A program made the position numbers and the translations under genes. Below the pieces are notes generated by a model. The model made no database searches, was not told where the DNA came from, and was given only the letters and a program-made list of their open reading frames with translations. This document shows positions 9,042-18,653 of a DNA stretch of 64,000 nt, piece by piece; within the stretch, counting starts at the first letter, position 1, and each line of letters begins with the position of its first letter. The DNA is from a virus: positions 1 to 64,000 of IMG/VR virus record IMGVR_UViG_3300009425_004205; one strand, 5' to 3'.

Positions 9042-10042
9042 TTGCCGACGTTGTAGTAGACTTACAGTATGGAGATTCAGGAAAAGGAAAAGTTTCCCAC
9101 CAGTTGTGTAAGAACGGGGAATATACTCATGTGATCAGATATAACGGGGGCTGCAACGCTGGCCATACCATCTATCACGAGGGGGAGAAGTTTGTGACTC
9201 ATCACATTCCGTGTGGTGTGTTTTTTGGAGTGAGATCTATTATAGGGCCCGGCTGTGTGCTAAATGTTAAACAATTTTTTGAAGAAATCGAAGAACTTGA
9301 AAATAAAGGTGTAAGTACTGCTGGTTTGATAGGTGTGGCAGCGAATGTGCACATCATAACTGACTTTCATATGGCTCAAGATAGCCAAGACGAAATAATA
9401 GGCACTACAAAAAGAGGGAACGGGCCCGCATATAGGGATAAGTATGCTAGAAAGGGGATGAGGGCTATTGACGTGCCCGAGCTAGCTCCTTACGTTATTG
9501 ATATGTACACTGAACTTTATGATAATCCTAATCCTCTGCTAGGTGAAACTGTTGTCTTGTTCGAAGGCGCGCAGGGATTCGGACTGGATATAGACTGGGG
9601 GGATTACCCATACGTCACGTCCAGTCATTGTACCGTGGGAGGGGCAATATTAAACGGCGTGCCACCAAAGTCTATTAGGGACGTGTGGGGCGTAGCAAAA
9701 GTTTACGAGACATACGTAGGAAAAAAGAAATTCGAACCAGACGATGAAATATTCTCAGAAATAAGGAATGCCGGGGAGGAATTCGGCGCAACCACAGGGC
9801 GGCAGCGCCAAGTGAATTGGATGGATTTAGATAATTTAATAAAAGCTATCAATATCAATGGGGTAAATAGGTTAGTGGTAAATAAGGCGGATGTTCTTGA
9901 CGACGTAAAGAGATGGGCATTGTACGACGGTAGCAATCAGTATGAGTTTAATCAAGGTGAAGATATGCAGCACTGGATTAGAGAAAAATTAAAGGACAAG
10001 GACGTCGACGTTACCTTTTCTTATAGCAAAGATTCTATATAG
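9038..10042 (+). CDS. purA: Adenylosuccinate synthetase (short form)
   Basis: QYGDSGKGK, GGCNAGHT, GTTKRGNGPAY, FEGAQG, YPYVTSS, GATTGRQR and NKAD motifs. Confidence 0.93.
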   Translation: MIADVVVDLQYGDSGKGKVSHQLCKNGEYTHVIRYNGGCNAGHTIYHEGEKFVTHHIPCGVFFGVRSIIGPGCVLNVKQFFEEIEELENKGVSTAGLIGVAANVHIITDFHMAQDSQDEIIGTTKRGNGPAYRDKYARKGMRAIDVPELAPYVIDMYTELYDNPNPLLGETVVLFEGAQGFGLDIDWGDYPYVTSSHCTVGGAILNGVPPKSIRDVWGVAKVYETYVGKKKFEPDDEIFSEIRNAGEEFGATTGRQRQVNWMDLDNLIKAININGVNRLVVNKADVLDDVKRWALYDGSNQYEFNQGEDMQHWIREKLKDKDVDVTFSYSKDSI

Positions 10043-10059
10043 AGCATACTTACTAATAT

Positions 10060-11547
10060 ATGACTATTAAAAATGTAAATAACGATTATGTAATAGAGAA
10101 GCAATCTTCTCTTCGCGGCCAATATAAAAAAAAGGTTATAACTAGTACAGAATTCTCTGAAACTCATAGATTCGCCGGCAGTGATATCTCCAGCAGTGAT
10201 ACATTTGGTGCCACAGTAGCAATACGAAACAAGAAAGCTGTAGCTTCTGCGCCAGGGTGGGATGATGCCGAGGTGAGTCACTTGGGATACGGATCAGCTG
10301 GCGCAATATATTACTTTGAAAAAGGTGCAACCTGGAGCACAAGAACTGAAACTATATTAACCTCTTCTGTTAGGCAGAATGTAATGCAAATTGGCACCTA
10401 TGAAGCTTCTGGTATAGATTCTTTCAAATATAACGCCCTGAATGTATATGAGGACAGAGTTATTGCTGGCATGCCAACTTACTACGATGGGAGCATATAT
10501 TCAGGCGCAGCACTAGTCTGGGATAAGATTCCAGGCTCTCCCAGTAACCAATGGGACGAACAGCTTCTGACTGCTTCGAACAAAGGAGCTTCGGACAAGT
10601 TTGGTACCGCAGTAGCTGCCTACGGCGACTATGTTATCGTCGGCGCGCCGTATGAGGACACAAAAAATACAAATTCCGGAATGGTATATGTGTTTCAAAC
10701 TGCCTCTTCTGCGGTGGGGTGGAATGAAAAGGCACAACTAGTGCCGGAATATGGAGCAGGCGCCAATGATGAATATGCTGCATATTTTGGAAATTGCCTA
10801 TTCTTAACAGGGAGTAGTCCAGTCAATGGCACCGGCGCCAATATAAGATTAGTCGTTGGATCTTCTGGAAAAGATAAAGCCGTTATCTGGAAGAAAAACG
10901 AAGGTGACATGTATGACTGGACTCAAGAGGCTGTCATCTCTCACCCAAGCGGAACAACAGGCGTCCATTTCGGATCTAAGGTTGCATTAAACAACAACAC
11001 TTTAGTTATTGGATCTCCCCTAGAGGACATAGGTGGTACCAATAATGGCTCTGTCTCGATATTTAAAAGCTCAAGTGCCGGAGGTTGGGCGTTCCACCAA
11101 GGGCTTAATTTAGGTTCGAACTATGCCGGTAAGACAGGCGCCATGTTTGGGCTGTCTCTTGATATCCACGATGAATACTTGATAGTTTCAGCGCCACATT
11201 ACAGTAGTAGTGAATCTGGGCAGGGAATCAGTCAAGGTGGTTTAGATGGTAGAGCGTTCTTGTATAAGAGTGGTTCATCTGCTTGGTCTAAAATAGCAGA
11301 ATATCAACCATATGATCATGACTCGGCTTTCACCCCTACTCTTGGGACTGGAGTCGGAATATCTGATAAAAATTTAATATACGGAGTCAAGGGTACAGGG
11401 CCCAATAGTGGATCTGCTACAATAATGGAGTCTGTTCATACCACTACGTATGTGGACTTGGAGCCGATATTTTCGAAAGGTACAAATTCTGTATTTAATT
11501 TGAGAGGCCAGAGTAGCGCTGCTAGCTATAAATCTACAACAAAGTAA
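10060..11547 (+). CDS. FG-GAP repeat beta-propeller protein (putative virion adhesin or decoration)
   Basis: Repeats FG..VA....VVGAP..D.....G.VY.F (e.g. FGTAVAAYGDYVIVGAPYED, FGSKVALNNNTLVIGSPLED). Confidence 0.85.
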   Translation: MTIKNVNNDYVIEKQSSLRGQYKKKVITSTEFSETHRFAGSDISSSDTFGATVAIRNKKAVASAPGWDDAEVSHLGYGSAGAIYYFEKGATWSTRTETILTSSVRQNVMQIGTYEASGIDSFKYNALNVYEDRVIAGMPTYYDGSIYSGAALVWDKIPGSPSNQWDEQLLTASNKGASDKFGTAVAAYGDYVIVGAPYEDTKNTNSGMVYVFQTASSAVGWNEKAQLVPEYGAGANDEYAAYFGNCLFLTGSSPVNGTGANIRLVVGSSGKDKAVIWKKNEGDMYDWTQEAVISHPSGTTGVHFGSKVALNNNTLVIGSPLEDIGGTNNGSVSIFKSSSAGGWAFHQGLNLGSNYAGKTGAMFGLSLDIHDEYLIVSAPHYSSSESGQGISQGGLDGRAFLYKSGSSAWSKIAEYQPYDHDSAFTPTLGTGVGISDKNLIYGVKGTGPNSGSATIMESVHTTTYVDLEPIFSKGTNSVFNLRGQSSAASYKSTTK

Positions 11548-11604
11548 AGCGCATCGCCTTAGTAGTCTCAGTACAAATAAACAGAGGTTTATCTATACAG
11601 TTAT

Positions 11605-11612
11605 CTAATTAT
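11605..11612 (+). promoter_or_regulatory. Putative late promoter motif CTAATTAT
   Basis: Intergenic, upstream of 11644. Confidence 0.45.
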
Positions 11613-11643
11613 AATATATTGTGATACAAGAAGAGGGAATACT

Positions 11644-12561
11644 ATGTGTGGCGAAAGCGAATTAAAACCTTATGCTAAGGAACTAATTTCTTACTGTGGA
11701 GAAAGATTCGGGTTTAAGGATCCTCCAAGGCTATTTCTTTCTACTGACGAAGAAAATGCTAGTAATCCGTTAGGCAAAACTGCTCACTATAGCCCAGCAG
11801 AGAAGTCTATCACTGTGTTCATCAGCGGGAGACATATCAAAGATGTTCTTAAGTCTATCGCTCATGAACTTGTACATCACACCCAGAATCTTAGAGGGGA
11901 TCTTTCGCCAGAAAAATGTGGTGAAATGTCCGAGACGTATGCACAAGACAACCCTCATATGCGAGAGATGGAGAAAGAAGCATATTTGGAGGGTAGTATG
12001 GCAGTACGAGATTGGGAAAATACTCGAACAACGAGCGTACAGAACATTAATATCAATTTACAGGAGAGTAAAACAATGAACAAAGTGTCTGAATCACAAA
12101 TAAGAGAAATGATTAAAAAGTTAATTGCTGAAAAGTACTATAAGAGAGATGATAGAGAGGATTCACTTCCTAATAGTCAGACGTTCCAAAGCAGCGGCGG
12201 GCCCGCTGATATCGACGCCAACTACTATGGCGATAAATTTACCCCTGATCAGTCCGACGATGTAGAGACTAGCCTCGATGCCTGGCATGCTGAGGAAGAG
12301 GAGGCTGCGCATCTCGATCAGTACGGGCATGACAAGACAGCGCCAGGATATGATAACGACGTCGACGCCCGCGATCGAAGACGCGGCATTTTCAAAGAAG
12401 GCGAAGAAATTGAAGAAGGCGAAGAAATTGAAGAAGGCGAAGAAATTGAAGAAGGCGAAATAATCCAAACGCCGGAACAAGAAAACACACTTTATGAGTC
12501 TAGATTTACGAACCGTGATACCAAATTGTTCGAAAGATTGTTAACAAAATGGGCTAAATAA
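11644..12561 (+). CDS. HExxH zincin-like domain protein with acidic low-complexity tail
   Basis: IAHELVHHTQ plus downstream MEKEAY; internal leader-like motif and EEGEEI repeats. Confidence 0.7.
   Translation: MCGESELKPYAKELISYCGERFGFKDPPRLFLSTDEENASNPLGKTAHYSPAEKSITVFISGRHIKDVLKSIAHELVHHTQNLRGDLSPEKCGEMSETYAQDNPHMREMEKEAYLEGSMAVRDWENTRTTSVQNININLQESKTMNKVSESQIREMIKKLIAEKYYKRDDREDSLPNSQTFQSSGGPADIDANYYGDKFTPDQSDDVETSLDAWHAEEEEAAHLDQYGHDKTAPGYDNDVDARDRRRGIFKEGEEIEEGEEIEEGEEIEEGEIIQTPEQENTLYESRFTNRDTKLFERLLTKWAK
12397..12459 (+). repeat. 18-bp coding tandem repeat (about 3.5 copies, EGEEIE)
   Basis: GAAGGCGAAGAAATTGAA three times, then GAAGGCGAA. Confidence 0.95.
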
Positions 12562-12574
12562 AAGAGGGCATATT

Positions 12575-14974
12575 ATGCGTAAGAATGTTACTCTCCGCGA
12601 AGGCGCCATGGGCGCTGGCGGCAAAGGGCACATGGATCACCCGTATGATAACACCGATTTAACGTTTTCTCAGATAAAGGAAATGTTTAAAGTTGCTTCT
12701 CAGGGGTTTCCACAAGTCAAAGTTACTGAAAAATTAGATGGCCAAAATATTCTAATATCTTATAACCCCGTAACTCAGGAAGCTTTAGCTGTTAGGAATA
12801 AGACTCAAGCTCGCAACGGCGGTATAACTAAGCAGCAACTGATAGATGCGTTTACTACTGACAGGCCTGTCGAGAAGAGGGCGCCCAAGAATGTAGTAGA
12901 TGCGTTTAGAGAGTCCATGGAAAATTTTGAAAAAATTGCGAAAACAGTGCCGGGGGAGTATTTTATAACTCCAGAAGGGGGAAGAATATTTTACAATGCT
13001 GAAGTGGTAGATCCTAGGAGTGTCAATGTTGTTGATTATGATTCTCAAACATTAATAATTCATCGTACCGGGCATATGGTTTTCAGGGAAGGAGATATAA
13101 GAACGCTAGATTCCTCCGAAGCAGAGCAGAACGCGATACTGCTTGAGGAGGTGTTGAGCGATTTGCAATCTGATAGCATTCCAATTGTTAAAGTTAATGC
13201 TGTTAGGGATTTTACGGAATTTTTAGAGAAAAAAGATGCATATAGAAAAGTTCTAGCTAATATTGATAGCACTTTAAGGGAAGCAGGCCTTTCCGATTCA
13301 AACACTATAGAGGATTTTTTAAAGGTAAAAACAGAATCCAGGATAGCTAGGAGCATGCCGAGAGCCCGTTTTTCTGACTCTGCTATGGAAAAATTCGTTG
13401 AAGCTGTGGTGTATTTTGGAAAAACCAGCAACATGCCAAGGAAGAGAACTGAAATAGCTAACGTAATGGAAGAAATACCGCTAGAACTCGAAAAGGAAAG
13501 AAATATTGTGTTAGAAACGTTGTCTGATAGGGCAGCGCTGAGGGGTTTATCTAAATCTGCTAGTCGTCCCTTGGAGATGATTGTGCATAAATTTGCAGTA
13601 GAAATATTAGAAAATTTTAAAAGCGCGTATGTCATTCAGTCTGATATAGCCGTACGGAAACTTCAAAGTAAAGTTGGAACTAAAATGAAGAATGTGCGCG
13701 ATGCAGCAGATGATTCAGATTTGAGTGCTTTAGAGGTTGGTATACGCAAGCTACTAAACGCCGATAGCGATGAGGATGTCTTGACTGACGAGAGTATTGA
13801 ATCTGCTATAACTAAAATAACTACTGTAGTCGAAGGGCTAGTGTTTGATTTCGAAGGTAGGACATATAAATTAACTGGGAATTTTGCACCCATTAATCAA
13901 ATAATGGGATTAGGAAGATACAGTAAAGGAAAGAGAGACGATACAGTGCTGGAGGAAGAGGAGGAAGTCGTAGATTCTGCAGAAGAGAGAAGCAAATTTA
14001 TTAGAAATCGAAAAATAGCTGTATTTCCAGGAAAGTTCAAGCCGCCGCACCGGGGGCATATGCATATTGTTGAAGAAGTATTAAACAAGGGCGCGGACAT
14101 GGTAATAATCATGGTGTCACCACTTTCAAAAGGATCTATTAAACATGAAGACTCTATAAATATATGGAATTTATATATATCACATAGTGTTAGCAATTCC
14201 GACAGAATAAAAGTAATTCTATCACCCTATAATTCTCCTGTAATGTCTAGTTATGCGATAATGGATGAACCAATTGCAGCTCTTAAGAAGCTTGGTATAC
14301 CAGCTGAGGGGGATTTGATAATTCCAGTTGCCAGTACCAAGCCTGACGAAAAGGGAGTTTCTGACATACAAAGATTTGCCAAATATCACTCTTATGTGCC
14401 CAAGCTAGAAGGAATAACCCCTGCTAACGTAGGAGACTGGGCCGTCGATCCAGAGACTGATGAATTCGGAGCATACAACGCTTCAGATTTCAGACGAGCG
14501 CTGGAAACCTCTCAAGATATTGAGAGGTTTATACCAGACAATGTTGACGCGGAAGAGGTTAGAAGAATCCTGGGTTTTTTAACATCATCCAAAGAAGTTG
14601 GGAGCACCTCCCCTTCTACTTTGGATGAGAGTCTGATAATTAAACTAATCTATGAAATGTTATCTGAAAGTTCTTGGCAACCCATAGCCAAAGCTCGCAT
14701 GCGCAAATCAATGCATAGACTGTTGAGGGGTGGAAATAAAAAAGCGGCAAAGCATGGTGCACCATTTTCTAAAGATTTGAGTATTGGCAATTCCAACGCC
14801 TTCTTAGCTAAAGAATCGGAAGAGAAAGAAGAAGAACAAATAGAAGAAATATCCGCCATGGCAGCAGGTTCTGTTGAAATTGGCTCTGCCCCCATGGGTA
14901 GAAAGAGTCCGTACGATGTCTGGAGGACAGCCAGAAAGAAAACAAAAGGCAAGAAAGATAAAAATCGCCACTAA
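12575..14974 (+). CDS. Fusion: ATP-dependent ligase-like (KxDG) domain plus HxGH cytidylyltransferase-like domain
   Basis: TEKLDGQN, YNAEVV, EGLVF..YKLTG in the N-half; FPGKFKPPHRGH and YNASDFR in the C-half. Confidence 0.7.
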   Translation: MRKNVTLREGAMGAGGKGHMDHPYDNTDLTFSQIKEMFKVASQGFPQVKVTEKLDGQNILISYNPVTQEALAVRNKTQARNGGITKQQLIDAFTTDRPVEKRAPKNVVDAFRESMENFEKIAKTVPGEYFITPEGGRIFYNAEVVDPRSVNVVDYDSQTLIIHRTGHMVFREGDIRTLDSSEAEQNAILLEEVLSDLQSDSIPIVKVNAVRDFTEFLEKKDAYRKVLANIDSTLREAGLSDSNTIEDFLKVKTESRIARSMPRARFSDSAMEKFVEAVVYFGKTSNMPRKRTEIANVMEEIPLELEKERNIVLETLSDRAALRGLSKSASRPLEMIVHKFAVEILENFKSAYVIQSDIAVRKLQSKVGTKMKNVRDAADDSDLSALEVGIRKLLNADSDEDVLTDESIESAITKITTVVEGLVFDFEGRTYKLTGNFAPINQIMGLGRYSKGKRDDTVLEEEEEVVDSAEERSKFIRNRKIAVFPGKFKPPHRGHMHIVEEVLNKGADMVIIMVSPLSKGSIKHEDSINIWNLYISHSVSNSDRIKVILSPYNSPVMSSYAIMDEPIAALKKLGIPAEGDLIIPVASTKPDEKGVSDIQRFAKYHSYVPKLEGITPANVGDWAVDPETDEFGAYNASDFRRALETSQDIERFIPDNVDAEEVRRILGFLTSSKEVGSTSPSTLDESLIIKLIYEMLSESSWQPIAKARMRKSMHRLLRGGNKKAAKHGAPFSKDLSIGNSNAFLAKESEEKEEEQIEEISAMAAGSVEIGSAPMGRKSPYDVWRTARKKTKGKKDKNRH

Positions 14975-14978
14975 TTAT
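14970..14978 (+). promoter_or_regulatory. Putative late promoter motif ACTAATTAT
   Basis: Overlaps the upstream stop codon, 5' of 14990. Confidence 0.5.
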
Positions 14979-14989
14979 ACAAGAGGAGT

Positions 14990-15802
14990 ATGCAAAAAAT
15001 GACGTCTAGAGAAGAATTTGCCCAAGAAATGCTTTTGAGAGAAAATGTTCGAAAAGCGATAATAGTTGCGCAAAGGAAGAAGCTTAACGAGGGCAGTGAT
15101 AGTGTTTTGAGAAGAATCCATCTTCGATCGATATTAAAGGATTTGATATTGGAAGCTGCCGCCGATCCCGATGAAGATCCACATCCAAGCACTGGTATAA
15201 ATATACTCCGAGACTTGATTAAGAATTCTAACTTCTTAAAAACTATTAGGACTGGATACAAAGCCTTAACTACTGCAGAAGAACAAAGAACTTCATACAG
15301 GGCGCATATGATTAGCGCCATACAGCATGCTTTAGCTCCGGTTATGATGAATAGTGACGCAGGAACTGGAAAAGGTGATATCCATGAAGATATCGATATC
15401 GAGGTAGAAGAGGAAGAGAAGTTCATAGAAGGTGAGCCAGAAAATGCGCCCACGGCTGCAGAGGAAGAGGAAGAGGTAGAGTCAGATCCCAAGGATGACT
15501 TCGGTTTAGAAGGGGAAGAGATTACCGGTAGAGATAGAGCGTACGAAGACTTCAAAGATATAGAACAGACAATAATAAATAGTTTTGGGATGCTCAGCAA
15601 TCCTGATGATCAGGAGAAGTTTTATGATTACTTGATAGCTAATACAAAACTATATTTTGATAGGTTTGAAACTGAATTACAGGCAAAGGTAGAAGAACCT
15701 ACAAATTCAGAATATGATAATGCTGAAACTCCTGAGCCCGAGTCCGATGTTCCGGAAGAAGAATCCTTGGATATGGAAGAATTCGCTGCAGCTGCAGAAT
15801 AA
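14990..15802 (+). CDS. Acidic hypothetical protein with leader-type motifs
   Basis: GAGGAG RBS; LLRENVRKAII...LNE and LRSILKDLILEAA. Confidence 0.8.
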   Translation: MQKMTSREEFAQEMLLRENVRKAIIVAQRKKLNEGSDSVLRRIHLRSILKDLILEAAADPDEDPHPSTGINILRDLIKNSNFLKTIRTGYKALTTAEEQRTSYRAHMISAIQHALAPVMMNSDAGTGKGDIHEDIDIEVEEEEKFIEGEPENAPTAAEEEEEVESDPKDDFGLEGEEITGRDRAYEDFKDIEQTIINSFGMLSNPDDQEKFYDYLIANTKLYFDRFETELQAKVEEPTNSEYDNAETPEPESDVPEEESLDMEEFAAAAE

Positions 15803-15804
15803 GC

Positions 15805-15835
15805 TTTACTTTTTCTGAAAAATATGTTATAAATA
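15805..15835 (+). promoter_or_regulatory. Sigma70-type promoter (TTTACT-17-TATAAA, extended -10 TG)
   Basis: TTTACT 15805-15810, TG 15825-15826, TATAAA 15828-15833. Confidence 0.55.
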
Positions 15836-15858
15836 ACAAGTTATAACGATTTATAATT

Positions 15859-16206
15859 ATGAGTATGATTCAGAAAAAGAAAAGAAACAAATATTATGAT
15901 TATAGTATATCTAGAAAATTAAAAGCTAAAAATAAAATAACAAATCAGTTTGAAGTAATGCTAGCATCACTAGATCTAGAAGATATTATAGCTCTCAAGC
16001 TCGAGCTGGCAGCTTCGGTAGTAAAAGGTAAATTATATGGATTCCCGATATGGAATTCTTCCTTTTATATAGTTAAAGAAGCTTTAATCAAATTCTCCTT
16101 ATCATCTACCACTTCTCAGAAAGAAGCTGCCAATTTATTGGGTATTAGCTTGTCTGAGCTTCGAAGAAATATAAAAAAGTTTAATATCAAAATATTAGAG
16201 GCATAA
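15859..16206 (+). CDS. Fis-like helix-turn-helix protein
   Basis: C-terminal SQKEAANLLGISLSELRRNIKKF. Confidence 0.75.
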   Translation: MSMIQKKKRNKYYDYSISRKLKAKNKITNQFEVMLASLDLEDIIALKLELAASVVKGKLYGFPIWNSSFYIVKEALIKFSLSSTTSQKEAANLLGISLSELRRNIKKFNIKILEA

Positions 16207-16209
16207 AGT

Positions 16210-16632
16210 ATGATAATTCAAAATTTACTAGCAATAATATTGCTGCAGCCAATTATGTCCTTGCCGACACATCCCCCCAAAAGCATGACGATTAAAACTG
16301 CAACAATCTCACAATTCATGAAGTTTTGTCCAAAATTTCATGAATACCATAAGCTTCCAGTCAACATATATACGCCATCAAATTCATTAATGATGGTAAG
16401 AATCAAAAATTGTATGGATAAAAAAGATATATTAGTTATTTCATGGTTAGGTACTGGAAATGATATCGATTTAACTTTTTCAAAATTAGTAGCGCTACAT
16501 TACACAGAGAACCAAAAAAACGTAGGCACAAATATCAAAATTAACTTAGTCGATATTAAAACTCAGAAAAATAAGAAGATACTAGATAAAAAACATAAGA
16601 TATGGTATGTTATATATGAATTAATTAATTAA
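16210..16632 (+). CDS. Hypothetical protein, possible N-terminal signal
   Basis: 140-aa AT-rich ORF with a hydrophobic N-terminus. Confidence 0.55.
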   Translation: MIIQNLLAIILLQPIMSLPTHPPKSMTIKTATISQFMKFCPKFHEYHKLPVNIYTPSNSLMMVRIKNCMDKKDILVISWLGTGNDIDLTFSKLVALHYTENQKNVGTNIKINLVDIKTQKNKKILDKKHKIWYVIYELIN

Positions 16633-16675
16633 TTAGAGTAGAGATATACACTAAGTGTTAATTCTCAGAGAGCTG

Positions 16676-16685
16676 ACTAATTAAT
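16676..16685 (+). promoter_or_regulatory. Putative late promoter motif ACTAATTAAT
   Basis: Intergenic, upstream of 16725. Confidence 0.5.
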
Positions 16686-16724
16686 TTATAGATACGCGTC
16701 GACGTCACAAAGGAGATAAGAATA

Positions 16725-17135
16725 ATGCCAAAATTTCATGGCCAGAACAAAAAGAGAATTGATCCAAGATACTTTTTAGAAGAAACACGCGTGGTTTCCA
16801 TGATGGAGGCACCATTTCCGATAGATAAGGGACAAGTCCGCCAACACGCGAAAACACTAGCACAGAGCGATGCTAGCATGCCTGGAGACGGAGGTGAAAC
16901 CGCTTCATTAATCCTACGCGGCGCCACAATGCAGCAGTTGGAAGATATTCTCTCTGATTTGCTAAGTAGCGGGGAAATAACATCAGAACAGCTTGAAGTC
17001 GCCGCAGAAAGAATGAGAGAAATTGAAGAAAAACATGGCATGCTACCAGGAGATGACAAAGATATCAATCAAAGTTCTTATGGATCGGATTATCACCCAA
17101 ACGATCCGCGTTCTCCAGGATACAGCAGAAGTTAA
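16725..17135 (+). CDS. Hypothetical protein
   Basis: AGGAG RBS; N-terminal KRIDPRYFLEE. Confidence 0.75.
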   Translation: MPKFHGQNKKRIDPRYFLEETRVVSMMEAPFPIDKGQVRQHAKTLAQSDASMPGDGGETASLILRGATMQQLEDILSDLLSSGEITSEQLEVAAERMREIEEKHGMLPGDDKDINQSSYGSDYHPNDPRSPGYSRS

Positions 17136-17143
17136 TTAATTTA

Positions 17144-17452
<309 letters not shown>

Positions 17453-17470
17453 ACTTTTCTCTTTTTGGAG

Positions 17471-17480
17471 ACTATTTAAT
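17471..17480 (+). promoter_or_regulatory. Putative late promoter motif ACTATTTAAT
   Basis: Ends 2 nt before the ATG at 17483. Confidence 0.5.
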
Positions 17481-17482
17481 AC

Positions 17483-18145
17483 ATGAAACTTATAATGGAA
17501 AATTGGAGAAGGCATTTAAAAGAACAAGACAATTCTTTTATATGCCCACGTGGAATGTTCGTTTCTGTAATGCTGCCGCCCACTAAGCGCGAAATTGTTA
17601 TACTACAAACTAGCGAGGGCCCGACTGCTTTTTACAGAAGCACCGGATCCGGAACTGCAGGAAGAAATACAGAAGATATGTGGTTGCCCATGGGTGGAGT
17701 TGGCCAACATAATGGCGATCCTTGGATTATGAAACTACCTTCTAGTCACCCACAAGCGAAAGGTTCTAAATTCCCCAAAGAAGAATCAGAGTTTTGGAAC
17801 ATTGGAAAGGGGCTGGCTCGCTGTTTCGAAAAAAGCCCGTTTGTTTCCAAGGATTGGACAGAATATCTTACAAAATTTAGACTCCCTTCCTATGAACAGG
17901 TAGAGGAATACGCAGGTATTTTTCGAATTACTTATGGCGCAATGATTGTCAACCACTGGTTGAATAGTAAGGGTGCGCTAAAAACAGATTGGCAGTCTGG
18001 AGGGATATACGGATCTGTTGATCATCCGGTATCTGGGGAAGAAGAAGTATCTGGATATACCACTGATCTCGCAGGGTTAACTGTACGCGGGATTCACAGC
18101 ATGGTGTGGAAAAATTCGCAAGAACAAGACACACACAACATATGA
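17483..18145 (+). CDS. Hypothetical protein with W-type leader
   Basis: MKLIMENWRRHLKEQ leader, 220 aa. Confidence 0.8.
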   Translation: MKLIMENWRRHLKEQDNSFICPRGMFVSVMLPPTKREIVILQTSEGPTAFYRSTGSGTAGRNTEDMWLPMGGVGQHNGDPWIMKLPSSHPQAKGSKFPKEESEFWNIGKGLARCFEKSPFVSKDWTEYLTKFRLPSYEQVEEYAGIFRITYGAMIVNHWLNSKGALKTDWQSGGIYGSVDHPVSGEEEVSGYTTDLAGLTVRGIHSMVWKNSQEQDTHNI

Positions 18146-18201
18146 AACTCATAATGGAAAGCTCGAGAAGAACATACAAAGAAGACAACAGAACTAATTA
18201 A
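18142..18201 (+). pseudogene. Degenerate leader-only mini-ORF (MKLIMESSRRTYKEDNRTN)
   Basis: Near-copy of the first codons of the 17483 gene, ending after 19 aa. Confidence 0.6.
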
Positions 18202-18204
18202 TAT

Positions 18205-18233
18205 TTGACTTTTCTTCATTGTTGCACTATATT
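18205..18233 (+). promoter_or_regulatory. Sigma70-type promoter for iscU (TTGACT-17-TATATT)
   Basis: Boxes at 18205-18210 and 18228-18233; an ACTAATTAAT late-type motif also lies at 18193-18202. Confidence 0.55.
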
Positions 18234-18253
18234 TAAACTAGGAGGAAATAATT

Positions 18254-18640
18254 ATGGCATATTCAAAAGAGGTATTAGATCACTATGAACACCCACGAAA
18301 TGTTGGGTCTTTTGACAAACACGATGATAGTGTTGGCACTGGCCTTGTCGGTGCACCCGCCTGTGGCGATGTTATGAGGTTACAGATTAAAGTGAGCGAT
18401 GAAGGAATAATAGAAGATGCAAGATTTAAGACATATGGGTGCGGTTCTGCTATAGCTTCTTCCTCCCTTGTCACTGAGTGGGTTAAGGGTTTAAATCTGA
18501 ACGACGTTCTGGATATCAAAAATACAGATATAGCGGAACACCTTAGTCTCCCACCGGTAAAGATCCATTGCTCTGTCCTAGCCGAGGACGCCATCCGGGC
18601 GGCCATCGCGGATTATAAAGACAAGAAGGGCATCGAGTAG
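18254..18640 (+). CDS. iscU: Fe-S cluster scaffold IscU
   Basis: MAYS..VLDHYE.PRNVG, GAPACGDVM, FKTYGCGSAIASSS, LPPVKIHCSVLAEDA. Confidence 0.97.
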   Translation: MAYSKEVLDHYEHPRNVGSFDKHDDSVGTGLVGAPACGDVMRLQIKVSDEGIIEDARFKTYGCGSAIASSSLVTEWVKGLNLNDVLDIKNTDIAEHLSLPPVKIHCSVLAEDAIRAAIADYKDKKGIE

Positions 18641-18653
18641 GGGAGGAAGCATT

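Noticed and set aside
9038-10042. PurZ (2-aminoadenine DNA pathway)
   Set aside because: The PurA catalytic Asp is retained (GDSGKGK, not GSTGKG), and no datZ/mazZ-like neighbours are seen.
15828-15835. T4-type late promoter TATAAATA
   Set aside because: It is a single intergenic instance that coincides with a sigma70 -10 box with a properly spaced -35. Structural genes use CTAWTTA instead.
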